20,000 nucleotides of DNA from Thelocarpon superellum (lineage: Eukaryota). A program made the translations under genes and the position numbers. Below, piece after piece: positions 1 through 10,510 of this stretch. The stretch spans positions 50,206-70,205 of the forward strand of contig JAPEUG010000039.1 of assembly GCA_026025795.1 (NCBI GenBank), written 5' to 3'. The notes beneath the pieces are model-generated. The model worked only from the letters and a program-made list of their open reading frames with translations, did no database searches and was not told the DNA's origin. Position 1 is the first letter of the stretch, and each line of letters starts with the position of its first letter.

Positions 1-1217
1 GTCCGCTTCCGCTTGACCCCCGCGTTCTTGGTATCCAGCAGCTCCTGCAAGCAGCGGGAACATTGCGCCACCTTGCCGTCCTTGAGCTCGGGGTAGATCT
101 CCTCGCCCTTGACCTGGTACCTGCATTTGACACAAGTGGCCGTGGCAAAGGACCCGTGGCACTGGATCAGCTTCTCCGGCCGAATGCCCGCCTTGGCTTC
201 GAGGTTGTCAATGTTCTGGGAGAAGTTGGTCAGGAGCTTGCCCTTTTCCTGGAGCAGATGGATGAAGGCGTGCGTCGGCGACACCTTGTCTTGAGATGGG
301 AGGATGTCGCGGGCGATGGAATAGAAGATGCTACGACCCCACAATCGTAAGGCGGAGGTGACATGTCACCAGAGACTGCAACGCCTACCTCGGATCCTCT
401 CGAAAGATCTGGATATCAAACACCTCCTGCGGATCGCTGAGCCCGAGGTGCTCCAATTTGGTGTACAGGCCGGTCTCTTTCGACCGGAAGTCGGGGATCC
501 CGAGGCTGGTCGAGATCTACGAACAATGAGCGTCGAGCCAAGATAGCACAAGGCTACTTACGCCCGCCCCGGTGAGAACGATGATGTTCTGTGAGCTCTG
601 CAGAAGCTCCACCACGTCATCGACCGTGTTGTAGTGCGGCAGCTTCAACCGCTTCGATAGCTCTCGCGAGATGCCCAGGCCGAGGAGAGGGAAGAAGGCT
701 TCGTCGGGAGCTCCGTCCAGGAAAGGCGGCGGCCGGATACCGAACGCCGTGCAGAGCTTCTTGGCGGAGATGACGCCGGCGGCCACGGTCTCGGCCACGA
801 ATAGATCGGCCCCGACGGCACGTAACTTCTGTCGAAAGGCGTGGGCCTCTTCGAGCGTGCAGGCATTCTCCTCTTCGTCGTATCAGTAGCCATCCAATCC
901 GTCACGACCATGGGAACTCGGGACCGACCGCCGTGGAACAGGTGTTCGTCGCCCATACCCTCCAAGGCATCGGCGTAGAGGGACTCCGTCTCCCATGCCT
1001 CCTCGTCGTTCTCCTCATCGTCGTCCGACGCTTCATGACCGTCGACAGCGCCGATCCCGCCATGGGTCGGTGCATGGGTGGACGGGACGCCGATGGCCTC
1101 ATGCGCCACCCCAGTCTCATCGTCAATAGAGGAGCTCGAAGCGGAGAGCAGATCGGCCACCTCGATCGCAGGGACGTGCAAGGCCTGATCGTCCACGACG
1201 GGTTGATCGGCCTCCAT
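1..1217 (-). CDS. SIR2: NAD-dependent histone deacetylase, Sir2/Hst1 (class I sirtuin); 5' part only, continues beyond the left edge. Exons 1217-929, 872-562, 516-389, 330-<1
   Basis: Spliced translation gives the sirtuin core motifs [54 protein letters not shown] and a second CxxC (CSRC). Introns 928-873 (GTCGGT..AAG), 561-517 (GTAAGT..TAG) and 388-331 (GTAGGC..TAG) all keep the frame. Acidic N-terminal extension. Confidence 0.95.
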
Positions 1218-1623
1218 CTCATCAGCAAGGCCAATGATGAAGAGGCGCGGTGGCAGATGGACGACTCGTTGGCTACATCATGCACCTGCGTAAATCAAAG
1301 GAGGTGGATGCGAAGGACAGCGCGTCGCGCTTCATGCTTTAGACGCGCGGGTGGGGCGGCCCAGCCTGTCTACGGTATTGACGCATTCACGGTGTCATAT
1401 GTCGTGCTACAGAGAGGCTCACGGCACGCATCGTTTCGTCCATCATGGGATCATCTCATTAATGGTATGGTGTAGGGATCCGGTCGCTGGTGCGTCCCGG
1501 TAATAGGGGAGATGAAGCGCGTGGATGAAGCGGGCTTTTCCCAAATGATACTCGTACATGATGCGGACATGACCGTCGCGTTTCCACCCATAATGGCCGA
1601 CCCCCGCTGGCTAGACGACGCTG

Positions 1624-1655
1624 AAGGAGCAAAGGAGCAAAGGAGCAAAGAGCAA
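1624..1655. repeat. Short tandem repeat (AAGGAGCA)x3 plus a degenerate copy, just downstream of the 1686-4374 gene
   Basis: Read directly: aaggagca aaggagca aaggagca aagagcaa. Confidence 0.8.
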
Positions 1656-1685
1656 TGGAGGAAGAGAAGAGAGCGGATTTTGCAT

Positions 1686-4374
1686 CTAACACAAGTCGGA
1701 ACCCTCGTCCAGCACGCTTTTGACCTGATGGAGTCGCTTCCGCCACCGCATCATCTCACTTTCGTCCACGTCTTCGTTCTCCACGTGCAGATGCAGGCAC
1801 ACCTTGCCTAGGCTCTCTAGCACCTGCTCGAGAAGCATGCGATCACCCGGGCCCAGCTTGAAACTGGACGTGCCGCCAAAGGATGACGAGGAGCCAGTCG
1901 TCTCCTGCATTGGGGGTGCGACCGGGGCCACAGGGCTCGTGGAGATCGCAGCGGGTGGGATGGCACCACCGTTGGCGACTACAGCGGAGCGTCGGTCACC
2001 GCGACGACCCTTCCCCACCGGCCGTGGAGTCCGCGCGCCCGCGGACGGCTCACTGGTCGCCTCGGCAGAACGCCCGCTATCCGCCGCGTCGTGGCCTTCG
2101 GTCGCCGTGGCAAAGGTGGCCACGGTGGAGATGGAGTCAGTGCTCACGTTGCTGACCTGTCGCAGGTGCACGAGGTTGGAGGATCCGTTGGGCCGCTTGG
2201 CGGCCGCCTTGGGCGACGGGAATTGATTGACGGCTTTGGGCAGGCCCGGGGTGGAGACCTCAACCGCTCGCGCCGTCTCCACCGAGTCCGTCGAGCCGTA
2301 GCTCGCCGTGCTCTGGCGCCACGCCACTTTGTTCTGGCTGTAGTGACCCAAGCCGCTGTGGAGATAGAAGTGCTCGTAGTCAAAGGCGTCCGCCCGGTCC
2401 TCGTGCCGCTCCCCAACCGCCAGGGACGTCTCCTCGGGTTCCACTTGGGCTTCCGTTTCCATCATTAGCTCATCCTCGGCGAGTCCGTCGTCTTGCATCT
2501 CGTCTAGGTCCATGATCTCCGCCGCCTGCTCGGGCCCTTCCAGGTCGGGCTCCACCTCGTCCTCGGCATCGGCGAACTTCGATGCCTCCGTCACTTCCTC
2601 ATCTTCGCCGTCGACGAAATGTCCGTTCATCTCCTTGGCCAGGTCCATTTCTGGCCGCACACCGACCTCAAGAGCCTTGTACCCGTTGGCCCCAAGGTAC
2701 CATTGCTCGGCCGCCGTGAAAGGGCTGGGGGTGCGGAGGCTCTGAAGGCTCCGTCGCCGCAGGTGGTCCTCGCGGGCGCGCTGTCGCAGACTGGAGATGC
2801 GACCCTTGAGGTCCTTCATCTGATCGCGCACGTCGCGCATCTGCATGGTGGACTGCGATCGGGACAGTCCCGATGGTTTTCGCAGGCCGTGTGACGCCTC
2901 GTGCTGCTCCGTCTCGAGAGCGAGGGACCCGACCGATCGGTTGTGTGGCTTGACGCCGGAACCCCGGATCGAATGGTGGTGCCCGTGTGTCGGGACCGCC
3001 TCGGGACTCGGGGTGAAGCGATTGTACGACCCTAGGGCGCTAAGATAGTTCCGCGTGCCAATCTGCTCGTAGTAGTCCCGCGTCGCGGTGCTATCCTTAT
3101 ACCGGACCTCTCGTACCGAGCTTGACTTGGCCAAACCGTGCGCGCTTCGAGGTTGACGATGGGTGAGCAGACCACTCATGACGCTCCGTGCCCGGAGGCC
3201 TCCATGAGCCTCGTCGCGCGGCGGCGTCTCCACGGTCTGCAGCGAGGACGGCACTGAGGTCTCGCTGAAGACGCGGGCGTGATTGGACGTCGTAGCGTCG
3301 GCCAACGGGGAGGCCCGATGTTGCCGATGTTTCGCGGGCGAGACGCCCACGCCCAGATGAACCCGCACCTCGCCATTGGGCGGAGAGCCCGGGGTGGTAC
3401 GGGTCGAGGCGGGGCTGAGGTTCCATGACGATGGCGACATGGACGGCGAGGGCGAGATGATGAGCGAATGCCGGGCGCGATTGAGATTGCCCTCCATATT
3501 CTGTGCACGACACATCAGTTCGGATCGACGTTGTGCGTTCGCCATGCAGGCCGTCACTCACATCGAGCCTCTTCTTGGCGTTGGCCAAGATCCGCTCCGC
3601 GCGCATACCGAGCGCCGCCGACGACGGCCGTTCCCCCACCTCGTCGTCCTCCGGGCTGCTCAGCGAGCGTCCGAGATTCGACATGGACTGAGCGCCGGCA
3701 CGATAGTGTAGCATGTCGCGGTCTGCGTCGGGCAGCAGCGACGAGTCAGGTTCCGCGTCCCGAGATGGACCGTGACCATTGGCGACGCTCTCGATCCGTC
3801 CGTCGCTCTCGTCTTCGTCCTCCCCCTCTTCCCCCTCCTCATCCTCGTCGTCCGGGTCGAAGGCGCTTTTGGGCGCGGGCGCAAAGGTGATGATGGACAT
3901 GGCAGTCGTGGGTGGGGGTGCGTCATCGGGATGGTGGGGCAGATAGTCCTGCTTGGCCACGAGTCGAGTCACCACGGAGGGTGATGGGGTAGCGCGGGGG
4001 GCGGTGGACGAGGAGGACGGGGAGGCGCTAGCGTGATAGTGATTCAGCGACCCAGGATCCCGCGAGCGTCGCTGCACGGGAGTGTTCTCGGCCGTATCGA
4101 TCTCCTCGATGTCGGAGAGCTCGGTGCCATCGCCATACGGGTCCATGGGTGGCGTGACGGGCCGGGCCATGCTCAGCGCTCTCCGGCCAGGCGGGGCCCG
4201 CGCGAGTTTGACGGCGGAGAAGTTGGGCGCGAAGGCACCCGCCGCGACCGAGCCAACGGGCATGTGCATTGACTGTGGGGGCGGGGAGGGTGTCGAGGCT
4301 CGGGAGATGTCGCCATAGGGGAGGATCATATCAGGGTTGGTGAGCGTGGGCGAGGGCGCATCGGTGGAACGCAT
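1686..4374 (-). CDS. Uncharacterised ~875-aa Ser/Pro-rich, largely disordered protein with short predicted helical/coiled-coil blocks. Exons 4374-3562, 3500-1686
   Basis: Two long ORFs (425 and 623 aa) join in frame across intron 3561-3501 (GTGAGT..CTGAT..CAG), giving AERILANAKKRLD|NMEGNLNRAR. Start context CACAATG. Blocks PSPTLTNPDMILP, QMRDVRDQMKDLKGRISSL and HEDRADAFDYEHFYLHS resemble fungal hypothetical proteins as I recall them. Confidence 0.85.
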
Positions 4375-4690
4375 TGTGCCGGTTAACGGACGCGTACGCC
4401 CGGGGAAGCAGCGGGGCGGGCGTGTCGTGTCGGTGTTTGGAGCAGGATCGGGGGTTGGTCGTGGCTCGGATCGCGAAGACGAGAGTCTGCACCGCTAGGC
4501 TGGTGGGAAGGGCCTGCGATCAGGGACGGGACCGCTGAGACGCCGGCGGCTCGCGGGGCCCAGAGCTCCGCCGGGTCACGAGGCAAAGAGCGTAGGGAGC
4601 ATGGTTGAGCGAGCAGGGTTGGTCAGCACGCATTGATGCGAAGGCAGATGTGGACGATGAGGGTTAAAATTCGCGACGAGAGGTGTCGCC

Positions 4691-4781
4691 GTGATGATGG
4701 TGATGGTGGAGGAAGAGGTAGAGGTAGAGGTAGAGGTAGCCGTGGTGGTGGCCATTTTGGTGGTGGTGGTGGTGGTGGTGG
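4691..4781. repeat. Compound microsatellite: (GGT)n runs and (GAGGTA)x4
   Basis: Read directly: gatgatggtgatggtgg, gaggtagaggtagaggtagaggta and tggtggtggtggtggtggtggtgg. Confidence 0.9.
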
Positions 4782-5964
4782 CCGACGATGGCCGGGCGTC
4801 GGACGGACCGCACGGACGACCACGGCCAATTAGACGGCGGCAGAAAACCGGAGCAGGCAAGATGCGAGGTGAGCGAGGTGCGCAGGCGTCGGCCGACGAT
4901 GAACGCGAGCGAACGCATATCCCTGCCAATCGGGTCTACGGGCGGTGGCCGACGATAGCGTCCGCCGGGTCTGGCGTCTGGCGGCATCCAGCAGTGGCGG
5001 TTGAGATTGGCGGTGCACGGTCAAAGGGTCTAAGGGCCGGTGCAGGGCCGGTTCAGGGCCAAGGCGTTCGTTTGCGTCCGCTGGTGGATCTGGGAGACGA
5101 ATGACGGCGGGCCAATGGGCCTTGCCCCCCGTCGCCCAGGCGAGCGAGCGTCAAGCGGCGCACAGGCTAACCGGGGTCGGAAGGATCGCCCCTACCCAAC
5201 CCTAGATGCACACGCTACTGTCAGGCGACAGGGACAGGACGGCGACCCGACAGGGAGGCCGCTGGATGGCACGTCCTTTGTGCGTCGCGACTCCCGGGAT
5301 CAGGCCGAGCTCGATCCATGGACCCGCGGACCCTGTGCCCTCGCGTCGCTCCATGGCCCGCTTGTTCGAAGGAGCTTCTGGCGCGCAAGTAGAAGTAATC
5401 ATGAACACCGGTCGCCATTTTCCGTGTCGCCGGGGTTCTTCGCGTCGATTTGCCCTTTCGCGGGCCCTAGCTCTACCGCAGTTCGTAGGATGAGGACGGG
5501 AGTGCATGGGTGCAGCCGCGTCTGGACGGAATGACGATAGAGATTGCTTAGCCGTCGGACCGATGTTGTGCGTCAGTCATTTCGGACGAGGGGAATAGAC
5601 CTCGCATCGCCCGTCCGTATGCCACACCAGTACAGCTTTGTACAGGACATGCGAGTGATGCGTCAGGAGCCTCTCCACGATCACAGCCAGAGGCAGAAAG
5701 ACGCGACTAATGTCACGCCACTTTCCCGAGTGGGAGAAGCGAGCAGTCACTCATCAAACTCCACTCCCCACCACCACACCCATCCTGCCGTTCCGCTCTA
5801 TGAGTAGCTCAGGTGAGCCCAGGTGAGCTCTGCAAGTATCGCACAACAGCACGACGTGATTACTCATTCGGCCAGTACACTTACAAGGCCTCCAGTCCGC
5901 TTCTCGCCACGGGCCAATTCAGAAGTCATCCTGCATGTCGTTACAACGCACCGCACAGATGTTG

Positions 5965-8159
5965 TTATGGTCGAGACTCCAACAAGGCTAAGATCAGCCT
6001 CGCGCCTTGGTTCCCCTTGACCTCGTCACGTCGTTTATGCGAGCCCTTCTTCCCTTCCACCTCACTCGTCGTCCGCCGCAGCTTCTGTTCCTCTGTTTCC
6101 TCCATTGCCACTTTGGCGATCACCTCACGATGTTTCTGTAATTCCCTCAAGAGCTCCTCTCTCTGCCCAAAGCTTGGGGTTTCGAGCATGGCCAGAGTCA
6201 CAAACGAACCGGCGCCTGTCGCCCACGCGGCCAAATATGGCTTGATGCGCGGGTAGAGGAGGTTGTGGAAGGCGAGCGCGGGCTCCACGGCTAAATTCTG
6301 GTCAGCGACGTTCATGTCAGACTGCGCCTCAGATCCAGCTGGCCAACTACCTTCGATTGACGATATTTTTGGATTGAATCGTCCGCCGAGAACGAGCGTC
6401 TTCAGCATTCGGCCCGCCGCGGCTCTTTTGACCATGTGCTCGTCGTCGCCAGGGTCGCCTTTTGCCAGGTCGGCGACCTGCGCTAGTGCTTTGCTTTTCT
6501 CGCCCTCGCAGCCCAACAGCACCTCCATTACGAATTGGCAGCCGAAAGAGCTTTGACACAGCGGCGTCGCGTGCGTCTCGACGGCGTGAAGCAGGTTTGG
6601 GGACAAGGCGCGCAGGAGCTCCTGCCGTCGTGTCACGGGATCTTTCTTGCTAGTGCTTGATCGGATGTGCTCGATCTCTTGTAGAATGGCGACGTCGTCG
6701 GCAGAAAGTAGCCACTTGGCCGGGCCGGCCAGAAGGTACAAGAATGGGATTCTCGCGTTGAGATGGACCGCAGCCTGGAGGATGGTCTCCTGCTGCGTCG
6801 CTTCGTCCTTCCCCAAGAGCTCAGGGAAGATGGCTTTGTATGTGAGGACGGTGTCGTCGATCAGGTCTAAGGCGGCGAGGATGACGCGATGGCCATGCAA
6901 ATCGTACGCCAGCAACGAGATGGTGTTCTTGTAGCTCCGCAAGATGTGCTTGCGATCTTTGGCGCTGCCATAGGCCAGCGCGAGACACACCACGCGCGAG
7001 CCGGACTTGGTAAAGGCCAGATTCTTGAGCAAGTCGCCCTCCTCGTCTCCCTTGAGTAGCTCCATGAACTCGTTCGCCTCGTCACCGCCCGGCTTGGTGT
7101 TTTGAAAGTACTCGAGCATCGCGTCGTGCAGCATGGTGAATCCCGTCATCTTCTTCTGCACCAGATGATTGATGAGGTCGTGCAGGGCATGCATGATGGG
7201 TGTCCGTTTCTCCGGCGATTGCACCAAGATCTCGGCCAGTCGCGACGTGGTCTCTGAGGAGGCCGTGTTCTTGAACAAGGCGAATTCGGCGCCGTACCAC
7301 TCCCGCAACAAGGCGGCCTTTTGCGGCGGCGTCGCGATGCCGCGGTAGATGTCATCCAGAATCCACGAGGCTTCGGGATGCTTGATGGTGCGTCGGACGC
7401 TGCCGTAGAACTCGGGGATAATGAGATCTCGAACCTCCTCGTCCCCGTGCACCAGCAGCTTGCCGATCAGAAACTTGGCATATCGGCTTTCGGCCAGCTG
7501 CCGGAACTCCCCCTTGAGCTCGTGTGCGATCATCTTCCGCTGCGACGGATTTGCGTACTTGATGGCCGTTTGCACCACGCGCACCGCATCATGCTTTAAG
7601 ACGAAATCCTTAACCCGACCCGTGACAATGTCAAACAGCTCCGCCACCAGCCCCTTGCGCTCGGCCAGCGGCACATGGGACTTCCGCCGTAGTCGCTCCC
7701 AGAGCTTCTTGGACTGAAGGATGAGGTCGGCGTTCGGCTTGGCCGCCTTGCGCTCCTGGATCAGCGCCTTTTGCTTGGCATGCGCTTCTCTTGATGACGT
7801 TGCTGTCATTGATGAGCACGAGCATATTCGCGCCGTGGTCGACGGGCAGACTCACCGTTCGCGTGCGCTGCGGATGAGCCCTTGCCCGGCTTCCGTCCAG
7901 CGTCCCCATTGACAGGAGCTTCGTCGAAAGTGGACGAGTGGTCTTTGCCCAGAGTCACAACTCCATCAGCCTCACCGTCTGAATCCAAGCCCTCGAAGCT
8001 GTCGATCTCCTTGAGTGCAGAATGATGCGACGCCGTTCGAATGGGTTTCGTTCGTATCCGGTTTCCCTGCGTTTCGAGACCCCGTTTGGCCTTTTTCACT
8101 TTCGAGGCACCATCGGTCGAGTTCTTCTCACTGCTTGCTCTTCTCTTCATTTGTGCCAT
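5965..8159 (-). CDS. PUF6: Pumilio-family RNA-binding / 60S biogenesis protein Puf6 (Puf-A type), ~693 aa. Exons 8159-7856, 7802-6351, 6290-5965
   Basis: Characteristic segments SREAHAKQK..ERKAAKPNAD, KKLWERLRRK, FVLKHDAVRVVQTAIKY, LAESRYAKFLIGKLL, REWYGAEF, YGSAKDRK and TSKKDPVTRRQELL. Basic/acidic N-terminus MAQMKRR. Introns 7855-7803 (GTGAGT..CAG) and 6350-6291 (GTAGTT..GCTGAC..TAG). The start could instead be 8150 or 8171. Confidence 0.93.
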
Positions 8160-8500
8160 GTGGACAGGCATTGGGTTCAAAGCATGTCCCAGATGTCTGA
8201 CAAGGTCGGAAAACGGTGCGATGGGACATTGGGGGAAATGATTAAGCTTCGGTTTGGTGTGGTGCAAGGGATTGCTCGCGAAAAACTGCCCGCCATTAGC
8301 CGGAGGGTGCGGCCGAGTTCACGGTCGAGGAGAGTCGCCAGTCACTACGTCGAAGTAGGTCAATTGGGCCATAGCTCCCGAACGGCCCCGCTTCTCTACT
8401 CTATATGTGTAGGCTGTGACCGCGTATAAGAAGCCCCGGAGATCCTGCGAGGGTCGGCCACAGATGTCCATCAAACCGAATCCTGACCAATCTCCTCAGA

Positions 8501-8952
8501 ATGGGTGTCGTCCACATTGTGTTATTCCACTTCAAGCCAGACCGCGACCAGGTCTTGGTACAAAGCGTACGCTTGGGGCATTTTCCAATGACCGCGGAGA
8601 ACGTGTCTCTGATGTTGGCTAGGTGTGTGATAAAATGCTGGGCTTGAAGGAAGCATGCAAGAAACCAGGGACCAACGAACCCTACATTAAGTCGTCCGTC
8701 GGCGGGCTGCAGAATAGCATCGAAGGCCGAGCGGTATTCTCCCACTGTCTGAGCATCGACCGATGAGCCATATTGATGATGCCGCGCCTGCCGTAGGATG
8801 GTGTCACGCATGCTTTCGTGGTGGAGTTCCACAACGTTGCAGATCGGGACTACTACGTGAAAGAGGACCCAGCGCACCGTGCCTTTGTGCAGAGCGTCGC
8901 GGATGACGTCGTCCACGTACAGGTGGTCGATTTTGTGCCGGGTACCTGGTAG
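8501..8952 (+). CDS. Stress-responsive A/B barrel (Dabb family) protein, 110 aa. Exons 8501-8566, 8623-8733, 8797-8952
   Basis: Spliced translation: MGVVHIVLFHFKPDRDQVLVQS|VCDKMLGLKEACKKPGTNEPYIKSSVGGLQNSIEGRA|DGVTHAFVVEFHNVADRDYYVKEDPAHRAFVQSVADDVVHVQVVDFVPGTW*. It matches the Dabb pattern HIVLFxFK..GG.NS.EG..G.THAFVVEF..DRDYY..DPAH..F..VVDF. Two phase-0 GT-AG introns (8567-8622, 8734-8796). Confidence 0.92.
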
Positions 8953-9165
8953 CGAGAGTCCTTGGGGACAGCGGTTGGTGTCATCAACTATTACGAGTAT
9001 AGTTACATCGACGCACTCAAAGCTACCGTATCAATCCCACACGCACGTCCCGATGCACCGACGCCTCGTAGATGCTGAAGCATGATGCGACAAATCATAA
9101 GCCGCCGACACAAGTCCCTCGTCCTAGATATCCCAGTTCCTTGGGATATTTGTGAAAGGTCAACG

Positions 9166-10384
9166 CTATTCCTTTTCGAGGTCCTTGGGACTGGGGTCAC
9201 CAATGCCATCCTCATTGATGGCAAAAAGGCAGTCGCTCTCCGGCAGACAGGGGCTGTCATAGATCTTGCAGATCCGCGTCTCTCCGCGACCTTTTTTCAG
9301 GCTGAGACGGGTGGTGGAAGCATGCGCGATGATGTTGCCACCGATGGGCTTCTTCGGATCGGGGTTGAACATGGCCGAGGGTCCACCGTCCACCTGCGCC
9401 ACCACCTGGTTCGTGATGACCACCGCGATCCCAAACTCGTCCGCCAGTCGTTGGAGCGTGCGCATGAAGCGGGCCAGATGCGTCTGACGCGAGCTGAGCT
9501 CGCCACGTCCCGAGAAGTCGGTACGATAGAGCGAGGTCGCGCTGTCAACGATGAGCAGCGAGAAGCGTGTCTCGCACATCATGGCCGACGCCTGATTCAG
9601 GAGTTGAAGCTGGTGGTCCGAGTTGTAGGCGCGCGCGTAGGCTACGTTGTCAAGCACTTCCTCCCCGGACAGGCCGTATCGATTCGCCACCGCGAGCAAT
9701 CGCACCGGACTGGCGCGCCATCGTCAGCAGCGGACGTTGCATCAGGGCAGGAGACACGCACCGGAAGGTTCCTTCGGTGTCAATGTACAGGCACTTGCCC
9801 TCGCCGCCACCCATGTCGAAGGGCAGTTGGCAGGTCACGGCGAGGGTGTGGCAGATCTGACTCTTGCCGGTGCGAAACTCTCCAAAGATCTCCGTGATGG
9901 ATCCCGTCTCGACGCCACCCGCCAAGAGTGTATCGAGCTGCTTGGAGCCGGTGGTGATGGAGATCAACTCGCTCCGACGTTGGTGCATTTCGGTCGCGGT
10001 AGTGAAGCCCATCGGCACCAGCTTCGACGCTTCGGCGAGAACCTTCGTGGCCTTTTGCTCCGAGATGCCCTTGATCTGCTCCAAGAACCGTCGCGGCCTG
10101 GTCTTGATCAGCGTGCGGCCGTCAGGACTCGCCGGGACGAGTGTCAGAGGACACTGACGTATATGCGACCGACTCCACCGTATTGTATCCGCCATCGACG
10201 ATCAGCTGGATGTCGCGCTTCGAGAGGCCAGCCACGCCCTGGCTAGGGTGAGCTTGCGCGTTGCGCGACCGACGCATCTTTCACCACGTACCTCGAGCGC
10301 CGAGAGAGGCGTTGGTGCTCCGGGCCCCGCCAACCCGCCATCTTCCACACCCATGTCCACCTGCTCTCCGTCCTCGGTCGTCAT
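9166..10384 (-). CDS. RAD51: DNA recombinase Rad51 (uvsC/mei-3 orthologue), 350 aa. Exons 10384-10292, 10238-10159, 10097-9762, 9709-9166
   Basis: Walker [15 protein letters not shown] polymerisation motif, [13 protein letters not shown], Walker [23 protein letters not shown] and [17 protein letters not shown]. Introns 10291-10239, 10158-10098 and 9761-9710 keep the frame. Confidence 0.98.
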
Positions 10385-10470
10385 GATGTTACTGTGCGAC
10401 TTTGCACGATCGCTGAAGATCTGAGGGAAACAAGCAGCAGAAGTGGTGCCAGTTGCGGGGTGAGGGAGAT

Positions 10471-10476
10471 ACGCGT
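10471..10476. promoter_or_regulatory. MCB (MluI cell-cycle box) ACGCGT ~90 bp upstream of the RAD51 ATG
   Basis: Exact ACGCGT. MBF/MCB control of RAD51 is established in yeasts; function at this site is inferred. Confidence 0.55.
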
Positions 10477-10501
10477 GTCGACAGGAGGCAACAACACGCT
10501 T

Positions 10502-10510
10502 TCACGTGAC
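10502..10510. promoter_or_regulatory. E-box / Cbf1-like site TCACGTGAC upstream of RAD51
   Basis: Exact match to RTCACGTG on the - strand (GTCACGTGA), ~120 bp upstream of the ATG. Confidence 0.4.

Noticed and set aside
4664..5104. His-, Val-, Gly- and Pro-run ORFs (4664-4987, 4691-5104, 4633-4833, 4623-4829)
   Set aside because: Homopolymer runs are different readings of the (GGT)n/(GAGGTA)n microsatellite.
5040..5807. Several 65-164 aa ORFs between the unknown gene and PUF6
   Set aside because: Arg/Pro/Gly-rich translations typical of GC-rich noncoding DNA; I could not build a spliced model.
5810..5829. Tandem CAGGTGAGC repeat resembling two 5' splice sites on the + strand
   Set aside because: No associated + strand exon or acceptor; it lies in the PUF6 3' region and is too short to interpret.
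8160..8267. Longer PUF6 N-terminus (MHHTKPKLNHF..) from the ORF track
   Set aside because: Looks like 5' UTR/promoter; MAQMKRR is a more typical basic Puf6 start.
8401..8916. 171-aa - strand ORF (GTG start) between PUF6 and RAD51
   Set aside because: Antisense to the Dabb gene, which explains the region with a proper motif and splice sites; it has no ATG at the predicted start.
9082..9897. 271-aa + strand ORF opposite RAD51
   Set aside because: Antisense shadow of a GC3-rich coding sequence; the translation has no recognisable motif.
10243..10245. Alternative TAG acceptor 4 nt upstream of the RAD51 intron 1 CAG
   Set aside because: Too close to the CTCAC branch site and out of frame; the CAG restores the conserved sequence.
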